DNA of 64,000 nucleotides. It comes from Eledone cirrhosa (lineage: Eukaryota). Position numbers and translations under genes: made by a program. Positions 26,131-40,900 of this stretch are shown in pieces; position 1 is the first letter of the stretch; every line of letters begins with the position of its first letter. Below the pieces are notes generated by a model. The model saw nothing but the letters and a program-made list of their open reading frames with translations. It did not search any database and was not told the origin of the DNA. The DNA lies in contig OZ024743.1 in assembly GCA_964016885.1 (NCBI GenBank), forward strand, positions 241,366,001-241,430,000, read 5' to 3'.

Positions 26131-26718
26131 GAAATTATATTTAATTTGTTGGGATTCCAAGAAATTAATATATATATATATATATATGTATTTAAGTGTA
26201 TATATGTATGTATATATTTATGTATGTATGCATGTATGTATAAACAAAATCGTTTAGATGAGATGATAATACGACCATGTAAAGGCAAAGAATATTTCAA
26301 AGCTGAAATATGATTTTATAGTCCACAGCAAGATAGCTAAAAGACATACTCCCGCCTCTATTAATATAGTTTAAATTATTAGTTTCTCAATACCTAGACC
26401 TTCTATTAGTTATTGATATATTTATCATTAAATTAAGCTTCCATAATTTTTGTATTGCTTTTCTCAATATATTCATTTAATGTCAATTTTATATTTTTGT
26501 TCCTTCAATTAATTAGTAATATTAAACGTATATGCTCTAGCTGTATACCTATAACATTAATTTGGTAAGTATTATATGTGTATCAGTGTGTAATGGTTTA
26601 GAAAAATATTTTAATTACAGCACGTTATATCTTTATATCTTTATTACTAACAAATTTTTAATAACGTATTTTATCTTCCATAAAATGTTAACGTATTCCC
26701 AACTGAATTTTGAATTTT

Positions 26719-26769
<51 letters not shown>

Positions 26770-26772
<3 letters not shown>

Positions 26773-27319
26773 TATATTATAAAGTAAGAAGAAATATTAG
26801 ACATAAATAAATACCTATTTTTTCTTCAAATTCCCGACTGTAAAGTTTCGTGGCTACTATGCAACAATCTTACATCATAGAGATGTAACATTTTTGAGGT
26901 AGGCCAACTTTTCAAGGGAACACCTCAGGGAAAGAACCATTCCAAACAGGTCTGCATCAGGAGAGAATCTCGAAAAGGCGGAGGGAAAAACTATCATGTT
27001 GTGGTCAAGAAATGGGATTAAATCCCTTGTAGCAGTGAAAAATATCTCAGAAGGTGGAGGGGATATTGATACGATACAGAGGCTACAGAAGGGTAGAGTA
27101 ACCACGGAAGTATAGTGACTGCTTTCAAGCAAATACTATATGCACTTCCAGTCAATCTTACCAACCTGCCCTTGAAAAGTTGGCCTACCTCGCAAAAATG
27201 TTACATCTCTATGATGTAAGATTTTTGCATAGTAGCCACGAATCTGTACAGTCGGGAATTTGAAGAAAAAATAGGTATTTATTTATGTCTAATATTTCTT
27301 CTTACTTTATAATATATTA
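26770..27319. repeat. ~150-bp inverted repeat (26770-26918 / 27169-27319) with ~250-bp spacer; probable PLE inverted pLTR
   Basis: Arms are near-identical reverse complements; the left end abuts (TA)n. Confidence 0.85.
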
Positions 27320-27493
27320 CATAGCTCTGATATCGAGCCAATTTAATTATTCCGATTACCTTGTCCCTCATAATCATAGAGCAACACTGGTTAAGGTCGA
27401 CCACACTCAATCTCACATATTTGTGGAAAAAAAATGTATGCGTATATATGCATGTTTATGTATGTATACACATGTATTTGTGTACCTCTCATT

Positions 27494-27929
<436 letters not shown>

Positions 27930-29128
27930 AATGAATAATTGAAAGTGGAACACTCTACTTGTGTTTTATCAAGGTCTGCTGAAGCTCGATGTTTTATTAT
28001 GGTTAAGTCATGCAAGACAACAATATCCAGGAGTATGGTACTGGTAGGTGAAGACCATGAAAATCACAGAGCATAAATATTTCATTCACAAGGAATAACC
28101 ATAGTCTTGACTCAGTAAAAAATAAACGGTCGTAGAAATAAATGGTTTTAACTGAGTAACGACTTTGTTTATTCCTTTTGAAGTATATACGTATATATAT
28201 ATATTACATTATATTACATTATGATGTGTTGTATTATATTATATTATATTGTATTATATTACATTAAATCATGGTGTCGATAGCAAAAACTATGGATCTG
28301 TTTGAACCTCCCAGAAACATCGATACCAAAAAGGAAAGTATCAACAATAATATTTCCTGACAAGATGTTGACATTCACGTCACATCAGTAATATGTAAAC
28401 AGAATAGGGTGAAACATTGAAGAGATTCTCAATGTAGAAGGGGGTTTGATGTTATGCACCACATCTACACTTAGTCTCATATGAAGTTAACTTTCAACCT
28501 ACACTGCCTTGTGTGCAGCAATAATGCACACGTATAATTAAAACATAAATATTTCATGACTCATCTTTGTGAATGAGAAATAGCCGTATTCTTTACATAT
28601 ACCTCCACATAAAGTATTTTTCAATTTACTCTACTTGAGCTCTAAAGGAAATGTTCTCGGAATGTCTGGAGGAAATCAACAAACGTGTTTGAAATTGAAT
28701 ACGGAGACTTTGTCTTGACGGTACATTTAATAATGATTTGTCTCATAGGGTATTACTCGCTAATTTAGAAACCACATAATATGACATCCCCAGCCCGATC
28801 ATATTATTTGCTCCCATACTACTATTTGGGGCAGGTTTTGTTTTACAGGGAGGTTCTGTGGTAAGGCTCTGAAGCACGTGTTTGAATTTAATTTATGAAT
28901 TTTGTGGTATGTGTATGACGGGTAGATTTGATTGTTAGATTATGATTTACGTTTGCTTGAATTTGTGGATCGGATGGGGTTGGTTTCGATTTGTTTACAT
29001 TCTAGTTAAGATCAATGATGGTCATATGTATGTACATGGTTTTTAATAATGATTTATCTCATAATTTTTCTCATAGGTACTTGGTTTTTAAGTAATTTGT
29101 CTAATAGATACTTGGTTTTAAATAATAA

Positions 29129-29785
29129 CACTGCATAACAATACTGTTTCAGAAAACACTACTTTAGGTGATATTGGTTAATTTTAGGGTTTACTTTATG
29201 AATATGAAATCCGATTGGCTCCATCACGTTCACATTTTGATCTGTATGCTGTTATCTTGGTTCCTTGGGCTGAATATTGTTCCAGCCAGATAAGAATTAT
29301 TCTTAGACAGTCCCAACCTTCGAACAAAATGAACCAATTGTTCTTAAAATACATTAGGGCGTGAATGAAGAATTTACAAATCTTTGTTATCCATTTTCAT
29401 CACATCCAGATTCATCATCGGAATACTTCTATGACTCACAGGAGGAATATCATTTTCATATGGCTGTGGTCTTATTGTAGATGACAGATTAGGATACTTG
29501 ATATACTTCTTATTGAACCCCTCAACATTAATAATGTGAATGTAACAATCAGTAGAATGGCTGCTTTGTTCTCGCCATGCCATTGGAGCGATAAATGGCA
29601 TTTGCTTCAGCTTACCTTACTACTGCATCATATTGAAAGCCGGTCATTCAACCTTTGTATAAAATATGCGGAATGAAATATTTTTCTTGGTCTCCAAGTT
29701 TCATTTTGAAGTAATCCCTATATCTTACGTGTATGAGTGTCGTGATGCAAATTGAAGCAAATCAAATTGGAGAGATAAAAAATAG
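29129..29785 (-). mobile_element. Internally deleted Chapaev3-like (CMC) DNA transposon
   Basis: YRDYFKMKLGDQEKYFIPH, MPFIAPMAWREQSSHSTDCY...IKYPNLSSTIRP and VRRLGLSK match the LGDQDK..APH / PMxWREPxxHxxDCY pattern as I recall it. CACTG terminus at 29129. Confidence 0.7.
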
Positions 29786-29790
29786 CAGTC

Positions 29791-30200
29791 CACTGTGAAC
29801 AGGGCGATTACCAATTTGATAAAGTCACAATAACATCTGAAAGACGTGTTCTATAAATAGATATTATCTAATATGTGTTTTATCTACTTTTTCATCTCTC
29901 ATTGAGAGTGTTCTAAAAATCGACACAGCCAAATATGCCTTTTATCTACTTCTACAACTCTATCATTAATAGTTGCCACAAAAAGAAAACTCATATGCTT
30001 TCTTAAAAGACAAATAGGAAAATTTCATGTTCTGCGTGCTACATTTCTGTAAATTTGGTATATAGGGAGAATCTTGTAGATCAAAAGTTATATGTGACGT
30101 TGAAAAACTGACTTCATATTCAGAAGATTCACCCTAAAATTAGCTAAAATCATTGTAATTATCTCTTGCTAAAGAAAATTATTTTTTATTTTGTCGTCTA
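29791..30200 (+). mobile_element. Possible second non-autonomous Chapaev3-like element
   Basis: Starts CACTG; aaaactgacttcatattcag...accctaaaattag resembles the subterminal region of 29129-29230 on the opposite strand. Confidence 0.4.
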
Positions 30201-30334
30201 ATAGGTACTTGGTGTTTTGTCTCGTACATACAAACAAGGTGTTTCAAAATTATGATTTGTCTTAGTGATCAATAAAAAAAAAACATAATTCGTTTCGTTG
30301 ATATATAGCATCAAATTTACAAGACCGTGGATTT

Positions 30335-30450
30335 GACTGGTGCTAACGTTAACTTTATTTTATTGTATCGACTCCGTAAGGGTGAAAGGCAAAGGTAACC
30401 TCGGCGGTATTTGAACTCAAACCGAAAAAGGGCGTAACTCTATGCTGCAA
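30335..30450 (-). mobile_element. SINE fragment
   Basis: actttatt...tcgactccgtaagggtgaaaggcaaaggtaacctcggcggtatttgaactc. Confidence 0.75.
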
Positions 30451-30624
30451 AGCATGGCGAATAATGATAACTGCTAACTCAACGATGGGAAAAGTGTAAG
30501 CGAATGTATATTCTCAGTTGACTCATGGACTATACAATATGACTGGTACTGACACTTAATGATAAGTATGAACATCAGAAATGTTTTCTGAATGACTGCT
30601 ATAACCTCTAGGACTGCAGTGTAA

Positions 30625-30755
30625 TTACCGAGCGTTTCGGAGATTTGTACATTTGTGTTCATATTTGAATTTCTAATGGGGTTGTTATACTCTTGAAGAG
30701 GATTGAGTTCAGCCCAGCTAGGCATATTAAATAAATCACCTCATCTTCAGAAACT
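30625..30755 (-). ncRNA. HHR-like motif with long stem II insertion in a probable PLE tail
   Basis: Minus strand CUGAAGA-UGAGGU...(~100 nt)...AUCUCC-GAAAC-GCUC-GGUA. Confidence 0.4.
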
Positions 30756-31594
30756 GTGTAAGTTAGGGTACACAACCACGTTCAAGGTTCCAAAATATTC
30801 TCGTGACACACGTTTAGTTAGAGTGAACAGTGGAATATTTATGGTCGTTAAACTCTTGGTAGATTTCATATCATTTCACAATACAGAATTGACTAAAATA
30901 TATTTGCCAGTCAGCCAGAGGTGAGAAAGAAGGAGAGAGAGAAAGAGAGGGGGCGGAGAGGGAGAGCGAGAGAGAGAGAGAGAAGACAAGGGAAAGAGGA
31001 TCACTATCTCAAATTAAAATATTAAAATATTTCACTCCATAATAATGAAAATAATAAATAGCAATAAATAATAGTATATATCAATAAATATTGTTAATAA
31101 TATTATTACCATCATCATAATTATTTTTATTTATTATTATAAGATTATTATTATTATTAATGTTATTACTAGTAGTAGTCGTAGTGATATAGCCAAAAGA
31201 ATGATACTAATAACCTGTTTTAATAAATTTGTTATTGAAAATATGTCTCGGTGGAAGCAATATTTTTTTATATCTCATAAGACGTTTCTACCAGAGAGAT
31301 AAGTGACCTTTCACCAACAAATAAATAAATCAAGCGATCGATCAACCATATACCACCTCCATGAAATAACACAGAAGAAAAGGAAATTTATATGTCCATA
31401 CCTCTTTCTCTTTCTCACTCCATCCTTGTCACTGTCTGTTTTACTCTCTCGCCCTCAAGCTCTCTCTCTTTCATTCTCTCTTTCCTTCTCTCTCTCTTTC
31501 TCCGTATGTGTATATATATATACACATACACACACATATATATATGTGTGTGTGTTTATATATACATACACACATATATATATGTGTGTGTATG

Positions 31595-31626
<32 letters not shown>

Positions 31627-32827
31627 CGTATACTATTTTAGACGTATCAGTCACTAGACTGCGGAGAATTCTGCCTTTAATGGCTTTAGTCAGATATATC
31701 GACCCCAGTACTTAGTCTGCTATACCCTTTATCGATCACTAATTATCGAGTGGCTAAGTTCACTAAAGGTATTTCCCTATAAAGAGTTTTACATTTTTTT
31801 ATGAACTTAAATATCACAAAATATTTTCACAAATTGAAGCACATACACAAACAGTGATATGTATGCAGGTCCTTGATATCCAGCATTAGTACAAAGCTCG
31901 CCGATTGTATTATGAAGGAACACACTAAGCATGTGTTGGACATCTTAAAAATCAAATACTTGCAACCAACACGTGGATTCATTTAGGCCCAGTGCTGAGT
32001 TAATTCATCCTATATCCCTCAATACCTCTAGCAGTGGTATAAATACGTCCAAATAACCTAGATTCTTGTAGACATTCCATTTTTACCCATAACCATACCA
32101 TGTTGGATATATTTTCTGTTGCCATATATGAAATTTCTCCTGATTATTTTAAAATACAAAAACCTTCCCTAGCTCATTAATTGCACTTCCTTTCTCTCCA
32201 AAATGGTAGTAACCTGCTTCCAAACAAAAAGTTGTCTTCTATTGCCAAAAACATTCACTAGAGTACAACGTAGCTTACCGCCTAACCTACATTGACCAAT
32301 GACTTTGAGCAGGTACACCTGATTATGACGTGAAACAGTTCTATACTACTTGGAAAATATTTCCTTTTACCATGGATCAAGGAGTGAAAAGCAAACCGGA
32401 CCTTTTCCCACGACATATTGTCGACGGTTTGGCTTATTTAACAAAAGCTTGACAAAACACTTTCAAATACATACATATTGAAAGCCCATCCTATCCGAAT
32501 ATAATTACAAAATAAACTAACAGTTTTTGTATTTAACAGAATTCTTTTATATTTGATACATTGTTTTATTCAAAATGTCCAAATTCGTTGTCTTCATAGT
32601 TTATATATATTGACTAATTTACTACTATTTATTATTAGTAAAATTCACTGACTTTGTTTGATTTCGTTGATTCTTTACTGTACTCAATATATATGTGTGT
32701 GTATTTGTATATGTATGCATACATATATACACACATAGATACATATATACGTATATATATATATACATGTATATATACATGCATATTGATGAACAGAAAC
32801 AGAAACACAATATTTATATATATATAT

Positions 32828-32954
<127 letters not shown>

Positions 32955-33199
32955 CCATTCTAAAAACATTTATTGATGTGAAATCTTTTTCGGTTTGTTT
33001 GCATTCGTTTGTATGTTTTATATATTTTATTTGTACGTATGTAATGATAAATAGATCGTTGCTGATATTTGATATTTTTTCATAATAATAATAATAATAA
33101 TAATAATGATAAAACTCCGATGAATATATATATATGAACGGAAAAAATGAAACGAAATTTCATTTCCCACTCTTAGTACGGCTGTTACTTAAATATAAG

Positions 33200-33293
33200 T
33201 ATACTTATATTTATATAAATATATACACATATATATATACATATATGTATATATATACATATATATATACATATATACATATATGTATACATG

Positions 33294-33326
<33 letters not shown>

Positions 33327-33505
33327 GTGTGTATATATATATATGTGTATATATATATGTATATATGTATATATATATGTGTAAGTATATATATATATAT
33401 ATATATGTGTATACATATATATATGTATATATATATATATATATGTGTATATATATATATATGTGTGTATATATATATGTATGTATATATATATATATAT
33501 GTATG

Positions 33506-33602
<97 letters not shown>
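33200..33602. repeat. (TA)n/(TG)n/(CA)n compound microsatellite
   Basis: Directly visible. Confidence 0.97.
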
Positions 33603-33603
<1 letters not shown>

Positions 33604-34534
33604 GCAAATCATATGTAAACATATTGTTATTATTGAGAAGGCGTGAAATTAAATGACTTTCGAAAGCAGTGAAAGATTAAAAAAATAAACATATTTACTG
33701 TTCCATTATAAACACAAATAAAAGTCTTGTTGACTGAATACACCCTGTTAAGTTTTTTGAAATTGAAAAGAAATATTTATCAATTACTGTTGTTATTTGA
33801 AAACGATCAACGACGTACATAAGGGAATTTTCTTGTTATGTTGTGCTGGCGATCCTCCTTTCAATTTTCCGTTGAAAAAATTTCATTTCAAACCTGCTAC
33901 TAATATTCCAGAGAACGATATCGATATGACACAATCTTTTTTTTTTTTTTTTATCTCTCTACACATTTGGGTGTGTAATTATTGACGTTGTTCACCCTCC
34001 TAAAAAAAAACACTTGATTTAGCAAATCTAACATCAAAGTCATTTCCTCGGAAAACATCGTCTATTTCCCCCCAGGGACAATGAATTTGCGACTGCATTA
34101 TTCGTTGAGTATTACATTTTCTTAAAATATTCAGATAGAATTTGTGTGGACTTATTCATTAGGTAGCTTCAAAGATAGGAATTTATTACACAGAGAACAA
34201 CAATAATATGCATAAACGCAAAAATATGAAAAGAAACGTTACAGTGTAATATACTTTACATATTATATCCGATATTATGCTACCCCTATGAATACGAAGT
34301 TAACCATAAAGTACAGATACGATAAGATTTTTAATAGTATAGCAATAAGATGAGTTAATTGCACCAAGACCGTCTTTGCATCTATAACCTACAAAAAGAA
34401 GGACATACAAAACTCTCATACTTAAATGAAATTGCAAGAAATCTGTCTTCCCGTTCAATAGTAGTCGCCTTTCTAACGCATTTCATATTAGAATTAGGTT
34501 CTCGTTGTAGGTAAGTCTAAAGTGTGTCTTAAGC

Positions 34535-34797
34535 CAGAAAGCTCATTTGTCCTTTGCTTTTCCCGGTGTTATGGCGTGAAGCAACTGAGAGTACAATACA
34601 CCTCCGTGGGGACAGGACACCAGTCCATCGCAAGGTTAAGCTCCCAGCTATTGCTGGTACTCATTTTCAGTTGAGTATAATTGATCAACGTGAAATGAAG
34701 TGTTTTGCTGAAGAACACAACACGCAACCCAGGAATCGAACCCACGGCATTATGATCGTAAGTCCAACACCCTTACAACTAGGCCACGTGCCTCCAT
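34535..34797 (-). mobile_element. tRNA-derived SINE (second family)
   Basis: Minus strand ggaggcacgTGGCCTAGTTGtaagg (A box) ... GGTTCGATTCC (B box), then gtgttcttcagcaaaacacttcatttcac...aaatgagtaccag. Confidence 0.8.
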
Positions 34798-34929
34798 GTA
34801 GATAAGAGTGAAACAGAAAGCTATATACGGATTAAAATAAATTTAAAGAATTCTCCAAACATGTGTATATCTAGGCGCTAAATAAAACGCCTTAACGCTT
34901 TATCCAAATATATTTGGGTAAGACGGATA

Positions 34930-35092
34930 TTCTTCTTCTTCTTCTTCTTCTTCTTCTTCTTCTTCTTCTTCTTCTTCTTCTTCTTCTTCTGCTCTTCTTC
35001 TTCTTCTTCTTCTTCTTCTTCTTCTTCTTCTTCTTCTTCTTCTTCTTCTTCTTCTTCTTCTTCTTCTTCTTCTTCTTCTTCTTCTTCTTCTT

Positions 35093-35120
<28 letters not shown>
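34930..35120. repeat. (TTC)n microsatellite
   Basis: Directly visible. Confidence 0.98.
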
Positions 35121-35125
<5 letters not shown>

Positions 35126-35912
35126 GCCAATCCATCGCCATAAATCCCGCCGAGGTTAACTTTGCCTTTCACCCTTACGGGGTCGATAAAATAAAGTACC
35201 AGTAATGCACTGGGTATTTTCTGGCCTTGTGCCTAAAGTAGAAACAATTATGATAACAATGATGATGAATTTAGTAAGCTTGTTAGAAATCAATATACTC
35301 GTTAAAAAGGGCCAGTGAATTAGCAGTTTCGATAGGGCTTCGGAAATATCTTTTCGACACAGAGTTACAGCCCTTTACATTCTGAGTTCAAACTCCACCG
35401 AGGTTAGTTTTATCTTTCATCCCTGCAGGGTCGATAAAATAAAGTACCAGTAATGCACTGAGGTCGATTTAATCGGCTTTCCATTACCCCAAAAATTGTT
35501 GGCCTTGTGCCTAAATAAGAAACCATCATTATTATTATTATTGGCGGCGGTGGATTGACAGTATCAGTAGAGGGTCGGACGCCATGCTTTGACGTATAGA
35601 GTTACGGCCCTGAGTTCAAATCCCGCCGAGGTTAACTTTGCCTTTCATCCTTACGGGGTCGATAAAATAAAGTACCAGTAATGCACTGGGTAATTGCTGG
35701 CCTTGTGCCTAAAGTAGAAACAATTATTATTGGCGGCATGGTGGATTAACAACATCGTTAAAATGTCTGACAAAATATTCCACCGAATTCAGCTTTGCCT
35801 TTCGCCCTTTTTAGGTCGATAAAATATATTAGCTGCAATTTACTGGGATCTATTAATCAACTTCCCCTCGCCCCCACCTTCAGTTTTGGCCTTGTGCCTA
35901 TGATCGAAATAA
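35121..35912 (+). mobile_element. Head-to-tail cluster of four SINE copies (~35121-35250, 35305-35525, 35543-35727, 35731-35912)
   Basis: Repeated ttcaaatccc.ccgaggttaactttgcctttcatcc..ggggtcgataaaataaagtaccag...ggccttgtgcct, each followed by an ATT/GAT-rich tail. Confidence 0.85.
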
Positions 35913-36239
35913 TATTATTATTGTTTTTTGCAAGGCACAGTCTATTAAATGCCTCACCCCACCCATACTTGATTCCTAGGAGATGTAAGCGGAAGAGACC
36001 TTTTACATCATTTCTGAATGCAATTACTGTTGAATATGTGGACCTTCGTCAACCAAGGAGCCTCCATATTCTTTACTTGCTCAATATAGAAGTTACATTT
36101 TATTCGTATCGCACGTCTTCTTAAATGATACTCATAATATAACACAGTATATTTTATACAGTGGTATACCAATCCCTAAGATAAGTGTAAGGTTAGAAAT
36201 GTTGGAGTGAGAGGATAGTGGATTATATAGACGCCATTG

Positions 36240-36385
36240 CTTGACTAGTACTTTATTTTATCAACCCCGGAATGATAAAAGGCAAAGTTGACCGCAATGG
36301 AATTTGAATTCAGGTCGTAAATATACGTAACGGATTACTACAAAGCATTTTAGTCGACGTTCTAACTATTCTGCCAATACCCTGG
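36240..36385 (-). mobile_element. SINE, same family
   Basis: tactttattttatcaaccccggaatgataaaaggcaaagttgacc...ggaatttgaa...ctaactattctgcca. Confidence 0.75.
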
Positions 36386-36696
36386 CACAATACGATATTA
36401 ATAACAACAATAAGAATTTATAATATAAGCACAATGGATGAGTGGATTTGATTGAGTCGCCCACTGTACCCAGTATAATTCTTGCCAGTTATGTTATTGT
36501 CACTGACAATGGCGGTTGAGGAAACAACATTATGTTGGGCAATAATTTCTACCACATTACCATCCGCTCCACTTTCTCCATATTCTTACACAAACAGACA
36601 CATATATACAATCATAGCAATATACCTTATTCTCACACAGACACATATACATATAGACACACAAACAGACATATATATATGTATGTATATATATAC

Positions 36697-36740
<44 letters not shown>

Positions 36741-37176
36741 GTTATATGTATATATATATATATACATGTAACAGACATGTATACACATATGCACACCTGT
36801 CGCACCTGACCAAACAACATAGCAAGCGAATGGGCGTACATACAGAAGCTTACATGCAACCAAGATATGTAAACATACACACACACACACGCATGCGCAA
36901 ACACACGCACACAAACACACAGGCATTCACACACATACACACAAACAACGAATGTCTCTTCAAATGAAGCAACAGTCACCATGTCTGTTGCTGTTGATGT
37001 TGCTGCTGCTAACATTAACTTATGTTGCACCTACTGCTGCTGCTGCTGCTGGTGTTGTTGCTCCACATGACATTGCTGCTGCTGCTACTATTGACGGCTG
37101 CTACTTATGCTGCTGTTGCTGCGGCTAAGGCTACTGCTGCTACTGCTGCTGACAATGCTGCTGTCACTTCCAACTG

Positions 37177-37854
37177 ATTCTTCTTCTTCTTCTTCTTCTT
37201 CTTCTTCTTCTTCTTCTTCTTCTTCTTCTTCTTCTTCTTCTTCTTCTTCTTCTTCTTCTTCTTCTTCTTCGTCGTCGTCGTCGTCGTCTTCTTCTTCTTC
37301 TTCTTCTTCTTCTTCTTCTTCTTCTTCTTCTTCTTCTTCTTCCTCCTGTTCGTCTTCTTCTTCTTCTTCTTCTTCTTCTTCTTCTTCTTCTTCTTCTTCT
37401 TCTTCTTCTTCTTCTTCTTCTTCTTCTTCTTCTTCTTCTTCTTCTTCTTCGTCGTCGTCGTCGTCGTCTTCTTCTTCTTCTTCTTCTTCTTCTTCTTCTT
37501 CTTCTTCTTCTTCTTCTTCTTCTTCTTCTTTTCTTCTTCTTCTTCTTCTTCTTCTTCTTCTTCTTCTTCTTCTTCTTCTTCTTCTTCTTCTTCGTCGTCG
37601 TCGTCGTCGTCTTCTTCTTCTTCTTCTTCTTCTTCTTCTTCTTCTTCTTCTTCTTTGTCGTCGTCTTCTTCTTCTTCTTCTTCTTCTTCTTCTTCTTCTT
37701 CTTCTTCTTCTTCTTCTTCTTCTTCTTCTTCCTGTTCGTCTTCTTCTTCTTCTTCTTCTTCTTCTTCTTCTTCTTCTTCTTCTTCTTCTTCTTCTTCTTC
37801 TTCTTCTTCTTCTTCTTCTTCTTCTTCTTCTTCTTCTTCTTCTTCTTCTTCTTC
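37177..37854. repeat. ~680-bp (TTC)n array with GTC interruptions, flanked by (GCT)n
   Basis: Directly visible; (gtc)6 blocks at 37271 and 37451 indicate internal duplication. Confidence 0.98.
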
Positions 37855-37964
37855 TGCTGCTGCTGCTGCTGCACAGCTGTTATTAATGCTACTGCTATCA
37901 CTGCTGCTAATAATGCTGCTGGTGGTAGTGATGCTGTTCTTTATTGACATAGCATCAGCTGATT

Positions 37965-40900
37965 GTGGTAGAGGTAGTGGTAGTAGTGGTGGTAGAGGTA
38001 GTGGTAGTGGTGGTAGTAGAGGTAGTGGTAGTGGTGGTGGTAGAGGTAGAGGTTGTATTGGTAGTTATCGTAATGGTGGTGGCTGTGGTGGTGGTGTTGG
38101 TGGTAGTGTTGGTGGTAGCGTTTGTAATGGTAGTGGTGGTGGTAGTGTTTGTAGTGTTGTGGGAGTGGAGGTGGTGTTGGTGGTAGTGTTTGTAACGGTA
38201 GTAGTAGTAGTGTTTGTAGAGGTAGTGGAGGTGGTGGTGGTAGTGGTGGTGGTAGTGGTGGTGGTAATCTTGGTGGTGTTGGTGGTAGTGGTGGTGGTAA
38301 TGTTGGTGGTAGTGGTGGTGGTAGTGGTGATGTTGGTGGTAGTGGTGGTGGTAGTGGTGGTGGTACTGGTGGTGGTAGTGTTGGTGGTGTTGGTGGTAGT
38401 GTGATGGTAGTGTTTGTAGTGGTAGTGGTAGTGGTGGTGGTAGGGGTGGTGGTAGTGTTGGTGGTAGGGTTTGTAGTGGTAGTGGTAATGGTAGTGATAG
38501 TAGTGGTGGTAGTGTTGGTGGTAGTGTTTGTAGTGGTGGAAGTAGTGGTGGTGGTAGTCTTGGTGGTGTGGGTGGTAGTGGTGGTGGTAGTGGTGGTGGT
38601 AGTGGTGGTGGGAGTCTTGGTGGTGTTGGTGGTAGTGGTGGTGGTAGTCTTGGTGGTAGTCTTGGTTGGGTTGGTGGTAGTGTTTGTAGTATTAGTGGTG
38701 GTGGTTGTGGTGGTGGTAGTCTTGGTGGTGTTGGTGGTAGTGGTGGTAGTAGTCTTGGTGGTGTTGGTGGTAGTGTTTGTAGTGGTAGTGGTAGTGGTGG
38801 TGGTAGTCTTGGTGGTAGTCTTGGTGGTGTTGGTGACAGTGGTGGTGGTAGTGGTGGTGGAAGTCTTGGTGGTGTTGGTGGTAGTGGTGGTGGTAGTGTT
38901 TGTAGTGGTAGTGGTGGTGATATTGTTGGTGGTAGTCTTGGTGTTGTTGGTGGTAGTGGTGGTAGTAGTCTTGGTGGTAGTCTTGGTGGTGTTGGTGGTA
39001 GTGTTTGTAGTGGTAGTGGTAGTGGTGGTGGTACTCTTGGTGGTAGTCTTGGTGGTGTTGGGGACAGTGGTGGTGGTAGTGGTGGTGGAAGTCTTGGTGG
39101 TGTTGGTGGTAGTGGTGGTGGTAGTGTTTGTAGTGGTAGTGGTGGTGATAGTGTTGGTGGTAGTCTTGGTGTTGTTGGTGGTAGTGGTGGTAGTAGTCTT
39201 GGTGGTAGTCTTGGTGGTGTTGGTGGTAGTGTTTGTAGTGGTAGTGGTAGTGGTGGTGGTAGTCTTGGTGGTAGTCTTGGTGGTGTTGGTGACAGTGGTG
39301 GTGGTAGTGGTGGTGGAAGTCTTGGTGGTGTTGGTGGTAGTGGTGGTGGTAGTGTTTGTAGTGGTAGTGGTGGTGATAGTGTTGGTGGTAGTCTTGGTGT
39401 TGTTGGTGTTAGTGGTGGTAGTAGTCTTGGTGGTAGTCTTGGTGGTGTTGGTGGTAGTGTTTGTAGTGGTAGTGGTAGTGGTGGTGGTACTCTTGGTGGT
39501 AGTCTTGGTGGTGTTGGTGACAGTGGTGGTGGTAGTGGTGGTGGAAGTCTTGGTGGTGTTGGTGGTAGTGGTGGTGGTAGTGTTTGTAGTGGTAGTGGTG
39601 GTGATAGTGTTGGTGGTAGTCTTGGTGGTGTTGGTGGTGGTGTTTGTAGTGGAGATGGTTGTGGTGGTAGTAGTGGTGGTGCTGTCGGTGGGGATTATAT
39701 TGTGGGTGGTAGTGGTGGTGGTAATCTTGGTGGTAGTGGTGGTGGTGTCGGGGGTGGTGTTAGTGGAGGTGGTAGTAGTGGTGGTAGTCTTGATGGTGTC
39801 GGTGGTAGTGTTTGTAGTGGCGTTGGTATTGGTGGTGGTAGTGTTGGTGGTAGTGGTGGTGGTAGTATTGGTGGTAGTGTTGGTAATGGTGGTGGCAGTG
39901 GTGGTAGAGTTTGTAATGGTAGTGGTAGTGGTGGTGGTAGTGTTTGTAGTATTGGTGGTAGTGTTTGTAGTGTTGGTGGTAGTGGTGGTGGTAGTGGTGG
40001 TGGTAGAGGTTGTGGTAGTCTTGGTAGTGTTGGTGGTAGTGTCATTAGTAGTAGTGGTGGTGGTGTTGGTGGTAGTGTTGGTGGTGTTGGTGGTAGTGTT
40101 TGTAGTGGTAATGGTAGTGTCGGTAGTAGTGGAGGTGTTGGTGGTAGTGTTTGTAGTGGTAATGGTAGTGTTGGTGGTGTTGGTGGTAGTGTTGGTTGTG
40201 TAGGTGGTAGTGTTTGTAGTGGTAATGGTAGTGTTGGTGGTGTTGGTGGTAGTGTTGGTGGTGTTGGTGGTAGTGTTTGTAGTGGTAATGGTAGTGTCGG
40301 TAGTAGTGGAGGTGTTGGTGGTAGTGTTTGTAGTGGTAATGGTAGTGTTGGTGGTGTTGGTGGTAGTGTTGGTGGTAGTGTTTGTAGTGGTAATGGTAGT
40401 GTTGGTGGTGTTGGTGGCAGTGTTGGTGGTAGTGTTTGTAGTGGTAATGGTAGTGTTGGTGGTGTTGGTGGTAGTGTTGGTGGTGTTGGTGGTAGTGTTT
40501 GTAGTGGTAATGGTAGTGTTGGTGGTAGTGTTTGTAGTGGTAATGGTAGTGTTGGTGGTGTTGGTGGTAGTGTTGGTGGTGTTGGTGGTAGTGTTTGTAG
40601 TGGTAATGGTAGTGTTGGTGGTTGTCTTTGTAGTGGTAATGGTAGTGTTGGTGGTGTTGGTGGTAGTGTTGGTGGTGTTGGTGGTAGTGTTTGTAGTGGT
40701 AATGGTAGTGTTGGTGGTGTTGGTGGTAGTGTTGGTGGTAGTGTTTGTAGTGGTAATGGTAGTGTTGGTGGTGTTGGTGGTAGTGTTGGTGGTACTGTTT
40801 GTAGTGGTAATGGTAGTGTTGGTGGTGTTGGTGGTAGTGTTGGTGGTGTTGGAGGTAATGTTTGTAGTGGTAATGGTAGTGTTGGTGGTGTTGGTGGTAG

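Noticed and set aside
34720-34797. tRNA gene
   Set aside because: It has A and B boxes but runs straight into a SINE body and lacks a clean cloverleaf.
37105-37950. Poly-E/K/R/S ORFs
   Set aside because: Translations of (TTC)n.
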